NCBI GenBank assembly: GCA_902796625.1
Contig: CADBPX010000122.1
Span: forward strand, 1-42,492
Direction of reading: 5' to 3'
Origin: an uncultured Pseudomonadota bacterium
Lineage (GTDB): Bacteria; Pseudomonadota; Alphaproteobacteria; RF32; CAG-239
DNA: 42,492 nt
Of this stretch, positions 28,001-35,792 are shown in pieces. The translations under genes and the position numbers were made by a program. Position 1 is the stretch's first letter, and each line of letters opens with the position of its first letter. The notes beneath the pieces are model-generated. The model saw only the letters and a list, made by a program, of their open reading frames with translations, did no database searches and was not told the origin of the DNA.

Positions 28001-28443
28001 CTAGCCTCAATATAAGCATTTCCTGCTATCAGCTCATCAGTCCTCAAATGTTGGGGCAAAAGAGCATATTTAACCGGACCAAAAAATGTTGATTGCATCC
28101 CCATTAAAAATAAAATCACAATCAGCAAAATCGGACTTTTAATTACAAAAACCACGCCAGCACTTATCATCAGTAATAATTCTGTAATTTTCAGAATTCT
28201 GGCAATTTTGGAACGGTCATATTTATCGGCAATCGATCCGGCTAAAGCTGAAAACAGAAAATAAGGAAGAATAAAAATTCCGGCGATTATATTAGAATAT
28301 ATACTTACGGTTTGTGAATCTATCACCATTTTATAGGCAACAAAAGTCATCAACGTATTCTTAAACAAATTATCATTAAAAGCACCAAAAAACTGAGTAA
28401 TCAAAAGCGGAACAAACCGCCGCCCGTGCCAAAAATTTTGCAT
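25066..28443 (-). CDS. aas: Triple fusion: MFS lysophospholipid transporter (LplT-like) + PlsC-type acyltransferase + acyl-ACP synthetase (Aas)
   Basis: About 410 aa of multi-TM MFS, then the 'NHVSLLDG' (HX4D) and 'FPEGRIS' acyltransferase motifs, then the AMP-binding 'FTSGSEGLPKAV' and 'YGTTE' motifs. 1125 aa. Confidence 0.85.
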   Translation of the reverse strand: MQNFWHGRRFVPLLITQFFGAFNDNLFKNTLMTFVAYKMVIDSQTVSIYSNIIAGIFILPYFLFSALAGSIADKYDRSKIARILKITELLLMISAGVVFVIKSPILLIVILFLMGMQSTFFGPVKYALLPQHLRTDELIAGNAYIEASTYISIILGSILGTMLPVNISIGLLLLCALIGIVASFKIPSMSGAQPRLKISFNIGRQIKENICIIKQHTIVFRAIIGATWFWILGTFFLTQLFPLCSKVFNTDKSVVTLFLILFSVGVGAGSIFCNRLLKGAVSVIYVPLSAIGLSVCAIMIYFLSAGFVTPQTVLSLAKFIMLPRGFCISVCLFLFAFMGGMYVVPLNALMQKKAPKGYVATVIAGNNIINSLGMVGISIFAAIIMAFGFKITDLFLFIAILSAGVAFYICKLLPDALVRSIFCSILNLFFRVRVDGIDNLRKAGSKALIIANHVSLLDGVLIAAYLPRKITFAIDQDWANKWYVKIFNGLVDFYPLNPSSPMAIRSLIDEVNKGKTIMIFPEGRISVTGSLMKVYEGAGVIAEKSGAKIIPLRIDGAQYSKFSYIGDLIKTQIFPKIQLFILPPCEISIANNLSSREKRRQTSLKLHDIMADMIYATTNKDKPLFNLLLEAERTYGKKHKVVMDIQKKSFSYKDIILKSYVLGAAYKEKFRGENRIGVMLPNSAAGVVNFFALHYAAKTPVMLNFSLGDMQFASCINTVGLKKIITSRTFVERGKLEHFIQLMHEADAEVVYLEDFATQISLLTKLKGVKKYLLREKVKTTGNKTAAILFTSGSEGLPKAVLLSHRNLQANVLQVHLAVPFNSRDVLINALPMFHSFGLTIGTVLPLLNGVKTFFYPSPLHYRIIPEISYGIQATAILGTDTFLYGYGRMANPYDFFPIRFAVVGGEKLKQRTADLWMKKFGVRIFEGYGTTEMSPVIAVNTPMFYRENTVGRILSGINYRLQLIDGISNGGELLLQSDSMMQGYIKADKPNVFVPVDTWYNTGDIVQIDEDKFVSIEGRAKRFAKIGGEMISLVAVEDILNELYSNVLQCVIAIEDEIKGEKIVFLTSDDSANMQEIKNYFKHKGVSELWLPKEIFYMPKIPLLGSGKIDYQMAVKLYQEQKLS

Positions 28444-28457
28444 TATAACCTCTTATT

Positions 28458-31400
28458 TCAATTAAAGTTCCAACTTAATCCAATTAAAGCGCGATAATCA
28501 TTTTTAACATCTTCATGCTCAGGATGAACACGAACATCAAATTCTGTTCTTAATGTTAAGTTATCCGTACAGTTATTATCAAGATAAAAAGTAAATTTAT
28601 ACTCCCGATGATTCGGTCGTAAACGAGCCTGGTATTTATTGCGATAAATTGCATCAGAATAACCGTCGCGTCCATTAGGAAAATCGAACGACATTTTTCC
28701 GTTTTGAATCTTCAAAGGTGAAGAAACGCGGAATCCAAAATTTATGTTTTTATCCGGCTTATAGTTAATATCGGCGGCAAAGCTATCACTTCTGAGAGCA
28801 GAAACATGAATTAAATCTGATTCCATATTTTGAGATTTTGTGTGTCCTTGATAATAACTTCCACTCAGAATTAATTTCGGTGATATTTGCCATTTTCCAG
28901 TAAGACCGAGAATATATGTATTGCTGTTATTAACTCCTAAAGCTCCGCTTCCTATTGTTCCCAATAATGCATCTTTTTCATATAAAGTACCGACCGTAAT
29001 TTCAAAGGAAACATCTTTATGAGCTTTGATAACAGCTGATGATGCCAGGGCATATGATCGTCCGTCAAAATTTTTATCCTGAAAATCATGATCTCCATCA
29101 TACAAACCATTACGTCCGGTTAACGCTTCAACTTTTAACTGCAGATATTTTCTCAAATCATATGTATTGTAAGCACCATATGCCGAAGTCATTTGCATAA
29201 ACGGATTATTTAAATCGCGATTAAAATAATTTTCTGCATCATAGTGGGTATTTTCATTAAAATAAAATCCCCAAGAATTACCCGCTGAAACGTTTTTAAA
29301 TTCAACGAAACCTAAGCCATTGGCAGAATTTCCCTTTTCCGATTCGGTAAAGGTTAATTGCACATTATTATAATTAACTTTTTGCACTTTATTACTACGC
29401 GCAATATTAATCACGTCATTTTTAAGAGCTTTATATCCGCTATGAGTGATGGTAAAAAATTTTGCGGTATCTAAATCAAAAGGACGGTTATAACGGTCAA
29501 ACACCGTTATATTATGCGGCAATATTTGCATAAGTTTCGCTTTCATGGCTCCCGAAACAATTAAATTGGCATCATCAAGTTCAACCACCTTAGAAGAACT
29601 AATCCGGTTGCCGTCATATGTTGTTATTGATGCCGGAGAATCTGAACGTGATATATAGGTATTGACAGCTGCGCCCAGATCCAACAAACCGGCTCCATAT
29701 GTTTCAGGGCTATATGAAACGGCAGCATCTTTGTTTGCAGTATCCATGATCAATTCGATTAGTTCCGAAGAACTCATGAACGGATAAGCTCCTTTCAGAA
29801 ATGCCAACGCTCCGGAAACAACCGGAACCGCTTGCGATGTACCGGCAAAATCATAATAGTTTGCATCTGTCCCCGGTTCTCCCGGCCCCCATAAAGAAGA
29901 TGTATACGTATTGTTGGTAATATTACCGCCCGGTGCTGAAATACAATAATTTTTTGTAACACCGCATTTATTGGAAAAACTTGATAAATAATAAGATGAA
30001 ACTTTATTGGTATTTTGATTTACATTTACAACAACAGAGGTTACAACAACCATTTGTAACTCATTATAGCTGTGATACTTGTGATCACTGCCTAAAAATG
30101 ATGTTTTAGATAACTTTATACCAGATTGCAAATCAGGATTATCTTGTTTTTCATTTCCTGCCGCCTTAACAATGATAACACCATCTGTTTTACCGGCCTC
30201 GGTGACAGTGTTTTTAACAATAACCTCACGCATTGCTTTAGAAAAATTATCACTAAAAACTTTATTAGTGGCATCTTTAGCACTATAAACACTAGCATCT
30301 TGTCCTAGACTCAAATTTATAATTGCCACATTGTCATTTAGAAGACTTTCGATAGGTTTTTGAATAGATGAATAAAAATCCCAGCGAATCGCATCTATTG
30401 AGGCATTAGCAAATGCAACTCCCATAGTTCCCGAATTATCTAAATTGGCAGCAATAATTCCGGCGATATTAGTTCCATGAAGCAATGAATAATCATTATT
30501 GGTTTTAATACTGTTAGGTGAAGTGCTTTCAGTAACCTTCCACCATGCGTAATCATCGGCAAACGAATTCTCCCACTTTATGTACTCATTAAGTTCCGAT
30601 GTGCGTGTAAAAGTATGAGATACAACCGGATATACCCCCCGCAAGGTAATAGTATTGCCCTCTCTGTACCAACAAGGTGATTTATTGTTGTTTGTACAAG
30701 GACCATAATCATAATTATGCCCGCTTACTTTAGTAATTGTATCAGGATTATAAAATTCCGAATGAGTAGCCCACACACCGGTATCAACCATACCAACTTT
30801 AACATTTTGCAATGTTGTTGTATAATTTAAACTATTTTCCAGTTTAATATGCTTTTCAAATGCAGGAGCTGCGTTTATTGCGGCCAAATAACTTACAGAT
30901 GATGAACCAAAGTTGCTTGCTTTATATTCTTGCAAATCAGTGAATTTCAGCTGGTTATTACCGCCGGTGCCACCGCCAGTTCCACCGCCAGTTCCGCCAC
31001 CAGTGCCACCACCGGTTCCGCCGCCAGTGCCACCACCAGTGCCACCACCGGTTCCGCCGCCAGTGCCACCACCAGTTCCGCCGCCAGTTCCACCACCGGT
31101 TCCACCGCCAGTTCCGCCACCAGTTCCGTTACTACCTGTACTTTCTTTCGAATGGCCTCCGCCACCTCCTCCGCCGGCAGCTGCGGCAATGGCAACACCG
31201 GCCCCAACAACAGCTACTCCACCGATGATATATTTGGTAGAAGATGATAATGACTGATTTGACATTCCGCCAGATTGATAAGTCATACACGAGGCATAAG
31301 GGTTAGCCCCATATTGTAACAATAAATTATATGCTTGTGTACGCCCACGATAACTAGCCGTGCATAAGGCTGTTACTCCTTGATTATCGGTTGTATCAAT

Positions 31401-31556
31401 TGAATATCCTTGTTGGATAATAGAATTTAATTGTTGTACATCACCATTAACAGCTGCTTGATAAATTGTGTCCTTAACTGACATCCAAGCATTTGCCGGT
31501 ATACTCCAAGAACTTATAAATAAACCAAGAGCGGTTCCTAAGTACAGTCTTTTCAT
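28458..31556 (-). CDS. Subtilisin-like (S8) serine protease autotransporter with N-terminal ankyrin repeats and a Gly-rich repeat linker
   Basis: Signal peptide 'MKRLYLGTALGLFISSWSIPANA'. ANK 'DNQGVTALCTASYRGRTQAYNLLLQYGANP'. Hydrophobic 'IIGGVAVVGAGVAIAAAAGG'. 14 TGGG repeats. S8 triad context 'VGMVDTGV', 'HGTNIAGIIA', 'GTSQAVPVVSGALAFL'. C-terminal beta-barrel-like alternating pattern ending 'LIGLSWNFN'. Confidence 0.8.
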   Translation of the reverse strand: MKRLYLGTALGLFISSWSIPANAWMSVKDTIYQAAVNGDVQQLNSIIQQGYSIDTTDNQGVTALCTASYRGRTQAYNLLLQYGANPYASCMTYQSGGMSNQSLSSSTKYIIGGVAVVGAGVAIAAAAGGGGGGGHSKESTGSNGTGGGTGGGTGGGTGGGTGGGTGGGTGGGTGGGTGGGTGGGTGGGTGGGTGGGTGGNNQLKFTDLQEYKASNFGSSSVSYLAAINAAPAFEKHIKLENSLNYTTTLQNVKVGMVDTGVWATHSEFYNPDTITKVSGHNYDYGPCTNNNKSPCWYREGNTITLRGVYPVVSHTFTRTSELNEYIKWENSFADDYAWWKVTESTSPNSIKTNNDYSLLHGTNIAGIIAANLDNSGTMGVAFANASIDAIRWDFYSSIQKPIESLLNDNVAIINLSLGQDASVYSAKDATNKVFSDNFSKAMREVIVKNTVTEAGKTDGVIIVKAAGNEKQDNPDLQSGIKLSKTSFLGSDHKYHSYNELQMVVVTSVVVNVNQNTNKVSSYYLSSFSNKCGVTKNYCISAPGGNITNNTYTSSLWGPGEPGTDANYYDFAGTSQAVPVVSGALAFLKGAYPFMSSSELIELIMDTANKDAAVSYSPETYGAGLLDLGAAVNTYISRSDSPASITTYDGNRISSSKVVELDDANLIVSGAMKAKLMQILPHNITVFDRYNRPFDLDTAKFFTITHSGYKALKNDVINIARSNKVQKVNYNNVQLTFTESEKGNSANGLGFVEFKNVSAGNSWGFYFNENTHYDAENYFNRDLNNPFMQMTSAYGAYNTYDLRKYLQLKVEALTGRNGLYDGDHDFQDKNFDGRSYALASSAVIKAHKDVSFEITVGTLYEKDALLGTIGSGALGVNNSNTYILGLTGKWQISPKLILSGSYYQGHTKSQNMESDLIHVSALRSDSFAADINYKPDKNINFGFRVSSPLKIQNGKMSFDFPNGRDGYSDAIYRNKYQARLRPNHREYKFTFYLDNNCTDNLTLRTEFDVRVHPEHEDVKNDYRALIGLSWNFN
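30960..31130 (-). repeat. About 14 tandem 12-nt units encoding a perfect (T-G-G-G)n peptide repeat
   Basis: Plus-strand units have the form ccNccNgtNccN. All differences between units fall at codon third positions. Confidence 0.9.
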
Positions 31557-31587
31557 GTGTACAATCCTATTCCATGTCTATATTTGT

Positions 31588-31616
31588 ATATTACACAAAA
31601 AGAAAACAAATTGCAA
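31588..31616 (-). promoter_or_regulatory. sigma70-like promoter TTGCAA-17-TAATAT for the autotransporter
   Basis: On the minus strand, -35 is at 31616..31611 and -10 at 31593..31588, about 30 nt upstream of the ATG at 31556. Confidence 0.5.
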
Positions 31617-31631
31617 GAATATCAATTATTA

Positions 31632-31660
31632 TTGACACAACTATAATTGATATGTATTAC
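31632..31660 (+). promoter_or_regulatory. Candidate psd promoter TTGACA-17-TATTAC
   Basis: -35 at 31632-31637 and -10 at 31655-31660. An AAGGAG SD at 31671-31676 precedes the ATG at 31682. Confidence 0.4.
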
Positions 31661-31681
31661 TTATGATGTAAGGAGCCTGAT

Positions 31682-32539
31682 ATGACAAAAGTAAAAATCT
31701 ATATACACTACCTGATGCCTAAACGATTATTGACTGTTTGCGTCGGATTATTTGCCTCTTCGCAATTGGGAAAACTAACAACTTTAGCAATAAAATATTT
31801 CGTTAAATTCTACAATATAAATACGCGAGAAATAAAAGGAAAAATAACAGATTATAAAACTTTTAATGACTTCTTCGCCAGAGAGCTGAAAAACAAAGTT
31901 CGTCCTATTGACAATTCACAACAGAGTTTGGTTTATCCTGCTGATGGCAGAATCAGCCAGTTTGGTGATTTAATTAGCAATATTCAGATTCAAGCCAAAG
32001 GGCATTACTTTTCCACGGCAGCCTTACTGGGAAATGATGACGATAGCAAGACATTTAAAGACGGTAAATTTATAACAACATATCTGTCTCCACGAGATTA
32101 TCATCGTGTTCATATTCCGATTGATGGAAAGCTGTTGAAAATGACCTATATTCCAGGTGAGCTATTTTCCGTCAATCCGTTATACACCCAAAATATTCCA
32201 GAATTATTCGCACGCAATGAAAGAGTTGTTTGTATTTTTGATACCCCGTGCGGAAAAATGGCCGTAATACTTGTCGGAGCAACCATTGTTCGCAGTATTA
32301 CCACCAAATGGGCCGGAGTTGTTGCTCCTAATGCTTCAAAAACAATCAAATCGTGGGATTATAAAAAGGAAAGTATTTCTTTCCATAAAGGCGATGAAAT
32401 CGGCAAATTTACTATGGGAAGTACGGTAATATGCTTGTTCGAAAAAGGTAAAATATCTTTTTCTGATCATATAAGGTTAGAACAGCATGTATTGGTTGGA
32501 CAGAAAATGGCTAACATATCTTCTAAAAAGAAAAAGTAA
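31682..32539 (+). CDS. psd: Phosphatidylserine decarboxylase proenzyme
   Basis: The N-terminus aligns with E. coli Psd ('YLMPKRLLT...KYFVKFYNIN'). Also 'YLSPRDYHRVH' and the self-cleavage site 'FTMGSTV'. Confidence 0.9.
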   Translation: MTKVKIYIHYLMPKRLLTVCVGLFASSQLGKLTTLAIKYFVKFYNINTREIKGKITDYKTFNDFFARELKNKVRPIDNSQQSLVYPADGRISQFGDLISNIQIQAKGHYFSTAALLGNDDDSKTFKDGKFITTYLSPRDYHRVHIPIDGKLLKMTYIPGELFSVNPLYTQNIPELFARNERVVCIFDTPCGKMAVILVGATIVRSITTKWAGVVAPNASKTIKSWDYKKESISFHKGDEIGKFTMGSTVICLFEKGKISFSDHIRLEQHVLVGQKMANISSKKKK

Positions 32540-32561
32540 GCAGATATAATAAACAATAAAA

Positions 32562-32590
32562 ATCCCCGACATATTCAATATGTGGGGGAT
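32562..32590. terminator. Bidirectional hairpin terminator between psd and pepF
   Basis: ATCCCCGACATAT / TCA / ATATGTGGGGGAT is a 13-bp stem with one mismatch, flanked by A/T runs. Confidence 0.7.
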
Positions 32591-32610
32591 TTTTCCAGAT
32601 ATACATTCAA

Positions 32611-34392
32611 TCACGATATTTTCTTATCCAGTTCTTCCAACATATCAATATATGAAGAAATCAAAGATAATCCATACTCCCAAAAATCAGCACTATTAGG
32701 ATTAAGACCAAAAGGTTGCAACAATTTATCATAATCTTCCAGAGCTGTTTTTGACAGCATATCTAAATATTTATCGGCAAAATTGTCAATATTTCCGGCT
32801 TCATTTACCTGATACAGTGAATTTACGAAGCAATCGGCAAATGAATAAGCATAAACATAGAATGGTAAAAAGAAAAAGTGTCCAACCATTGACCAAATAT
32901 TTGAACTATCTTCATCAACAATAACATTTTTTCCCAAACTATCTTGCATTTCTTCAACCCAAATCCGGCTCAAGCGTTTTGCGGATAATTCTCCATTTTT
33001 CCGCTCATCGTGTGCCCGTGTTTCAAAAAAATGAAAAGCTATTTGGCGAATAGCTGTATTAATCATATCTCCGACTTTAGCCGCAATTAAACATAATTTT
33101 TCCTTGTCATCTTTTGCTTGCTGCAACATTGACTGAAATACTATCATTTCACCAAAAACCGAGGCAACTTCTTCCGAAGTCATACGGGTATGCTCATTAA
33201 GCTCACCGTTTTTAATTCGCAATTGGTGGTGACAACCATGCCCCAATTCATGAGCTAATGTTAATACATCATTTTGTTTACCAGTAAAATTTAACATCAA
33301 ATACGGATGCTCTGTTGCCAACGGTCCACTGCAAAATGCGCCGGAACGTTTACCATCACGCGGAGGAACATCGACCCAATTTTTATCAAAAAAGTCTTTT
33401 GCAATATTATAAAGTTTCGGTGAAAACTTCTTATACGCATCTAAAACTATTTTTACAGCTTCTTCCCAAGAATATGTTCTATCCGTACTGAACGGCAGAG
33501 GAGCATTCCGATCCCAATAATTAATCTTTTTAACGCCTAACCATTTTGCTTTCAATTTATAGAAACGATGAGCTATATCTTTGTAATGTTTTTTAACGGT
33601 TTGAGCTAAAACCTCAACAGTCTGATCTGCAACATCTTCACTTAAATTGCGCGAAGACACCGGTGATTTAAAACCGCGTTTTTCATCTTCAATAGCTTTA
33701 TCTTTCATAATCATATTATAAATAAAGGTAAATAAATGCCCGTTCTCCGACAAAACTCGATTGATTTCTTTTCCGGCCTTGAGGCGTGTCTGCGGATCTT
33801 TATCCAGTAACAATTTTGATATCTCGGCATCATTATATTTTTTACCATCAACTTCATAGACCAAACGTGAGGAAGTTTCTTCATATAAACGCACCCATGC
33901 ATCACCTGAAGTTAAAGATTTTTCCAATAATATTTCTTCTTCTCTTTCCGAAAGTTGATATTTCTTTATTTTTCTTAATCGTCTGATCCAATATCTGTAA
34001 GCAGATAAAACATCGTCTTTTAGCAATTTTTCTATTTTAGAATCAGGAAGTTCGTTAAACTCTAAGCTAAAAAATATTGTCGGTTTGCTGTATTCTGTCA
34101 ACCTCTCCTCAACCATCTGATAAAATGCGACAGCTTCTTCATTTTTCATTTGCGTAACCATGTTTAAATAAGCAAACCCGCCCAAACGACTGGATAGAAG
34201 CGCTCTTTTTTCAATATCTTTGACTACTTTACGAAATTCTTCGACCGAAAGACGTGATAATTTTCCTTTATAAGCTTTAGCAAAATTTTCCGCTTTTCGT
34301 TTATACAGCGATAAATCTTTTTCTATTTGCGGATCATTAATATTTTTATATAAATCACTTAAATCCCAAGCTGGTAATTTTTTATCAGACAT
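32611..34392 (-). CDS. pepF: Oligoendopeptidase F family (M3B) metallopeptidase
   Basis: 'LAHELGHGCHH' HEXXH motif with a downstream 'EVASVFGE' Glu. 593 aa, typical PepF length. Confidence 0.85.
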   Translation of the reverse strand: MSDKKLPAWDLSDLYKNINDPQIEKDLSLYKRKAENFAKAYKGKLSRLSVEEFRKVVKDIEKRALLSSRLGGFAYLNMVTQMKNEEAVAFYQMVEERLTEYSKPTIFFSLEFNELPDSKIEKLLKDDVLSAYRYWIRRLRKIKKYQLSEREEEILLEKSLTSGDAWVRLYEETSSRLVYEVDGKKYNDAEISKLLLDKDPQTRLKAGKEINRVLSENGHLFTFIYNMIMKDKAIEDEKRGFKSPVSSRNLSEDVADQTVEVLAQTVKKHYKDIAHRFYKLKAKWLGVKKINYWDRNAPLPFSTDRTYSWEEAVKIVLDAYKKFSPKLYNIAKDFFDKNWVDVPPRDGKRSGAFCSGPLATEHPYLMLNFTGKQNDVLTLAHELGHGCHHQLRIKNGELNEHTRMTSEEVASVFGEMIVFQSMLQQAKDDKEKLCLIAAKVGDMINTAIRQIAFHFFETRAHDERKNGELSAKRLSRIWVEEMQDSLGKNVIVDEDSSNIWSMVGHFFFLPFYVYAYSFADCFVNSLYQVNEAGNIDNFADKYLDMLSKTALEDYDKLLQPFGLNPNSADFWEYGLSLISSYIDMLEELDKKIS

Positions 34393-34415
34393 TTTTCCTC
34401 CATATTTGTTTTATA

Positions 34416-34445
34416 TGTATGCACATGCTTTGTATGCACATGCTT
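34416..34445. repeat. Perfect tandem duplication of the 15-mer TGTATGCACATGCTT
   Basis: Copies at 34416-34430 and 34431-34445. Located in the pepF upstream region and overlapping the stop codon of the upstream ORF. Confidence 0.85.
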
Positions 34446-34980
34446 ATTTTTTTCCATCATCAATAGTTTCATCTAATGTGAAAAAGTCGACTTCATCAGT
34501 ATTTGCCTTATGTTTTTTTGATTTATCAAGTTCTTCTTCGGCAATTTCATTTTTAATGTTTAACTGAATTTGTTTTTCGTTATCCTTTTCGGCAAGTTTA
34601 TCCTCAATCAAGAGTTTCTTTTCAGTAAAATCGCCAATATCTGTTCGTTTATTTTTCCTAATATCTTCAGACAGTTCATCAGTTTCATATATATAGTTAG
34701 CCCATGGTGTTTTCTGTTGCCCGCGAACCCATGCTCCCAGTCCTTCCATAATCACGCCGGTATTACACTTCATGTCGCGCCACAACCATTTTATCGGGCA
34801 AGTTATCTGACCTTTTTGACATTCCGACACGTTGATGATAAATTCTTCAGTGCACGGAATAAAACCGCGTCCTTGGGAATCAGTTTGTGGTGAGATTGTT
34901 AAAGCAATCACCATATAAAGCGTTAATAACAAAAATGATATCAGAATGTAATAATAAAGTAATTTTCCAAACTTTTTCAT
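34444..34980 (-). CDS. Hypothetical membrane-anchored protein (N-terminal TM, four-Cys domain, acidic coiled tail)
   Basis: TM segment 'LLYYYILISFLLLTLYMVIALTI' and Cys pattern 'C..(10)..C..(6)..C..(10)..C'. The ATG lies 1 nt after the upstream gene's stop. Confidence 0.5.
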   Translation of the reverse strand: MKKFGKLLYYYILISFLLLTLYMVIALTISPQTDSQGRGFIPCTEEFIINVSECQKGQITCPIKWLWRDMKCNTGVIMEGLGAWVRGQQKTPWANYIYETDELSEDIRKNKRTDIGDFTEKKLLIEDKLAEKDNEKQIQLNIKNEIAEEELDKSKKHKANTDEVDFFTLDETIDDGKK

Positions 34981-34981
34981 A

Positions 34982-35704
34982 TTACGCTTTCATATAAAAT
35001 TGTTCAAGTTGAGCTAATTCTTCCAAAGTATTGGCACTGGCAACTTCGCAAGGATCGCCCTCAAGGGCCGTACACTTCAGTCCCATCTTTTTAGCAACTG
35101 CAACAGCATCAGTTAAATAATACTCACCGGCCGCATTTTGATTTCCGATTTTCGCCAATATATCAAACAAATATCTTCCATCAAAGGCCATCACACCCGA
35201 ATTGCAGAAATCAATCTTCTTTTCATCATCAGAAGCATCTTTATATTCAACAATACGGTCTAAATCATTCCCCTTCATCACCAGTCGACCATATCTTCCG
35301 GCTTCTGCAGGACGAAATCCCAAAACAACCACTGAATAACCCTCCTCTACTTTGGTAATTAATTTAGTGAATGTTTCTTTCCTAATCAATGGGGTATCAC
35401 CAAAAATAACCAGTACAGCTCCGTTGAAATCTTGTAAAAGCTCGTTAGCACAATTTACGGCATGTCCGGTTCCCAGCTGTTCTTTTTGTACGCAAGTTTG
35501 AAAGGGATGTACAGTTTCAGCAACTTCTTGCCCTTCCGGAGAAATTACCGTTACAACATTTTGTACCGGAATTTTTTTCAATGTATCTAAAATATGCACA
35601 ATCATCGGCTTTCCGCAAACCGGCATTAAAACTTTCGGTTTATCCGATTTCATTCTGGTACCTTTTCCGGCTCCTAATATTACGGCTGCAACTTTATGTT
35701 TCAT
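34982..35704 (-). CDS. Stand-alone GlmU-like N-acetylglucosamine-1-phosphate uridyltransferase domain (no LbH acetyltransferase domain)
   Basis: 'AVILGAGKGTRMKSDKPKVL', 'EQLGTGHAV', 'FGDTPLI', 'YGR', 'EYKDASDDEK', 'NSGVMAF' and 'GEYYLTD' are collinear with the E. coli GlmU N-terminal domain. The ORF stops at the linker (240 aa). Confidence 0.7.
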   Translation of the reverse strand: MKHKVAAVILGAGKGTRMKSDKPKVLMPVCGKPMIVHILDTLKKIPVQNVVTVISPEGQEVAETVHPFQTCVQKEQLGTGHAVNCANELLQDFNGAVLVIFGDTPLIRKETFTKLITKVEEGYSVVVLGFRPAEAGRYGRLVMKGNDLDRIVEYKDASDDEKKIDFCNSGVMAFDGRYLFDILAKIGNQNAAGEYYLTDAVAVAKKMGLKCTALEGDPCEVASANTLEELAQLEQFYMKA

Positions 35705-35792
35705 AACTTTATTCTCCTTATTCCTTTTTTAATCTTTATCATATATATTAAATGCAATGTGTTTAATTATCGTAAAGATGAGGACTTTTTTT

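Noticed and set aside
30913-31257. Plus-strand ORFs encoding (PPV)n and Ser/Ala/Thr-rich peptides
   Set aside because: These are antisense or alternative-frame readings of the 12-nt Gly-Thr repeat inside the autotransporter gene. They are open only because the repeat lacks stop codons.
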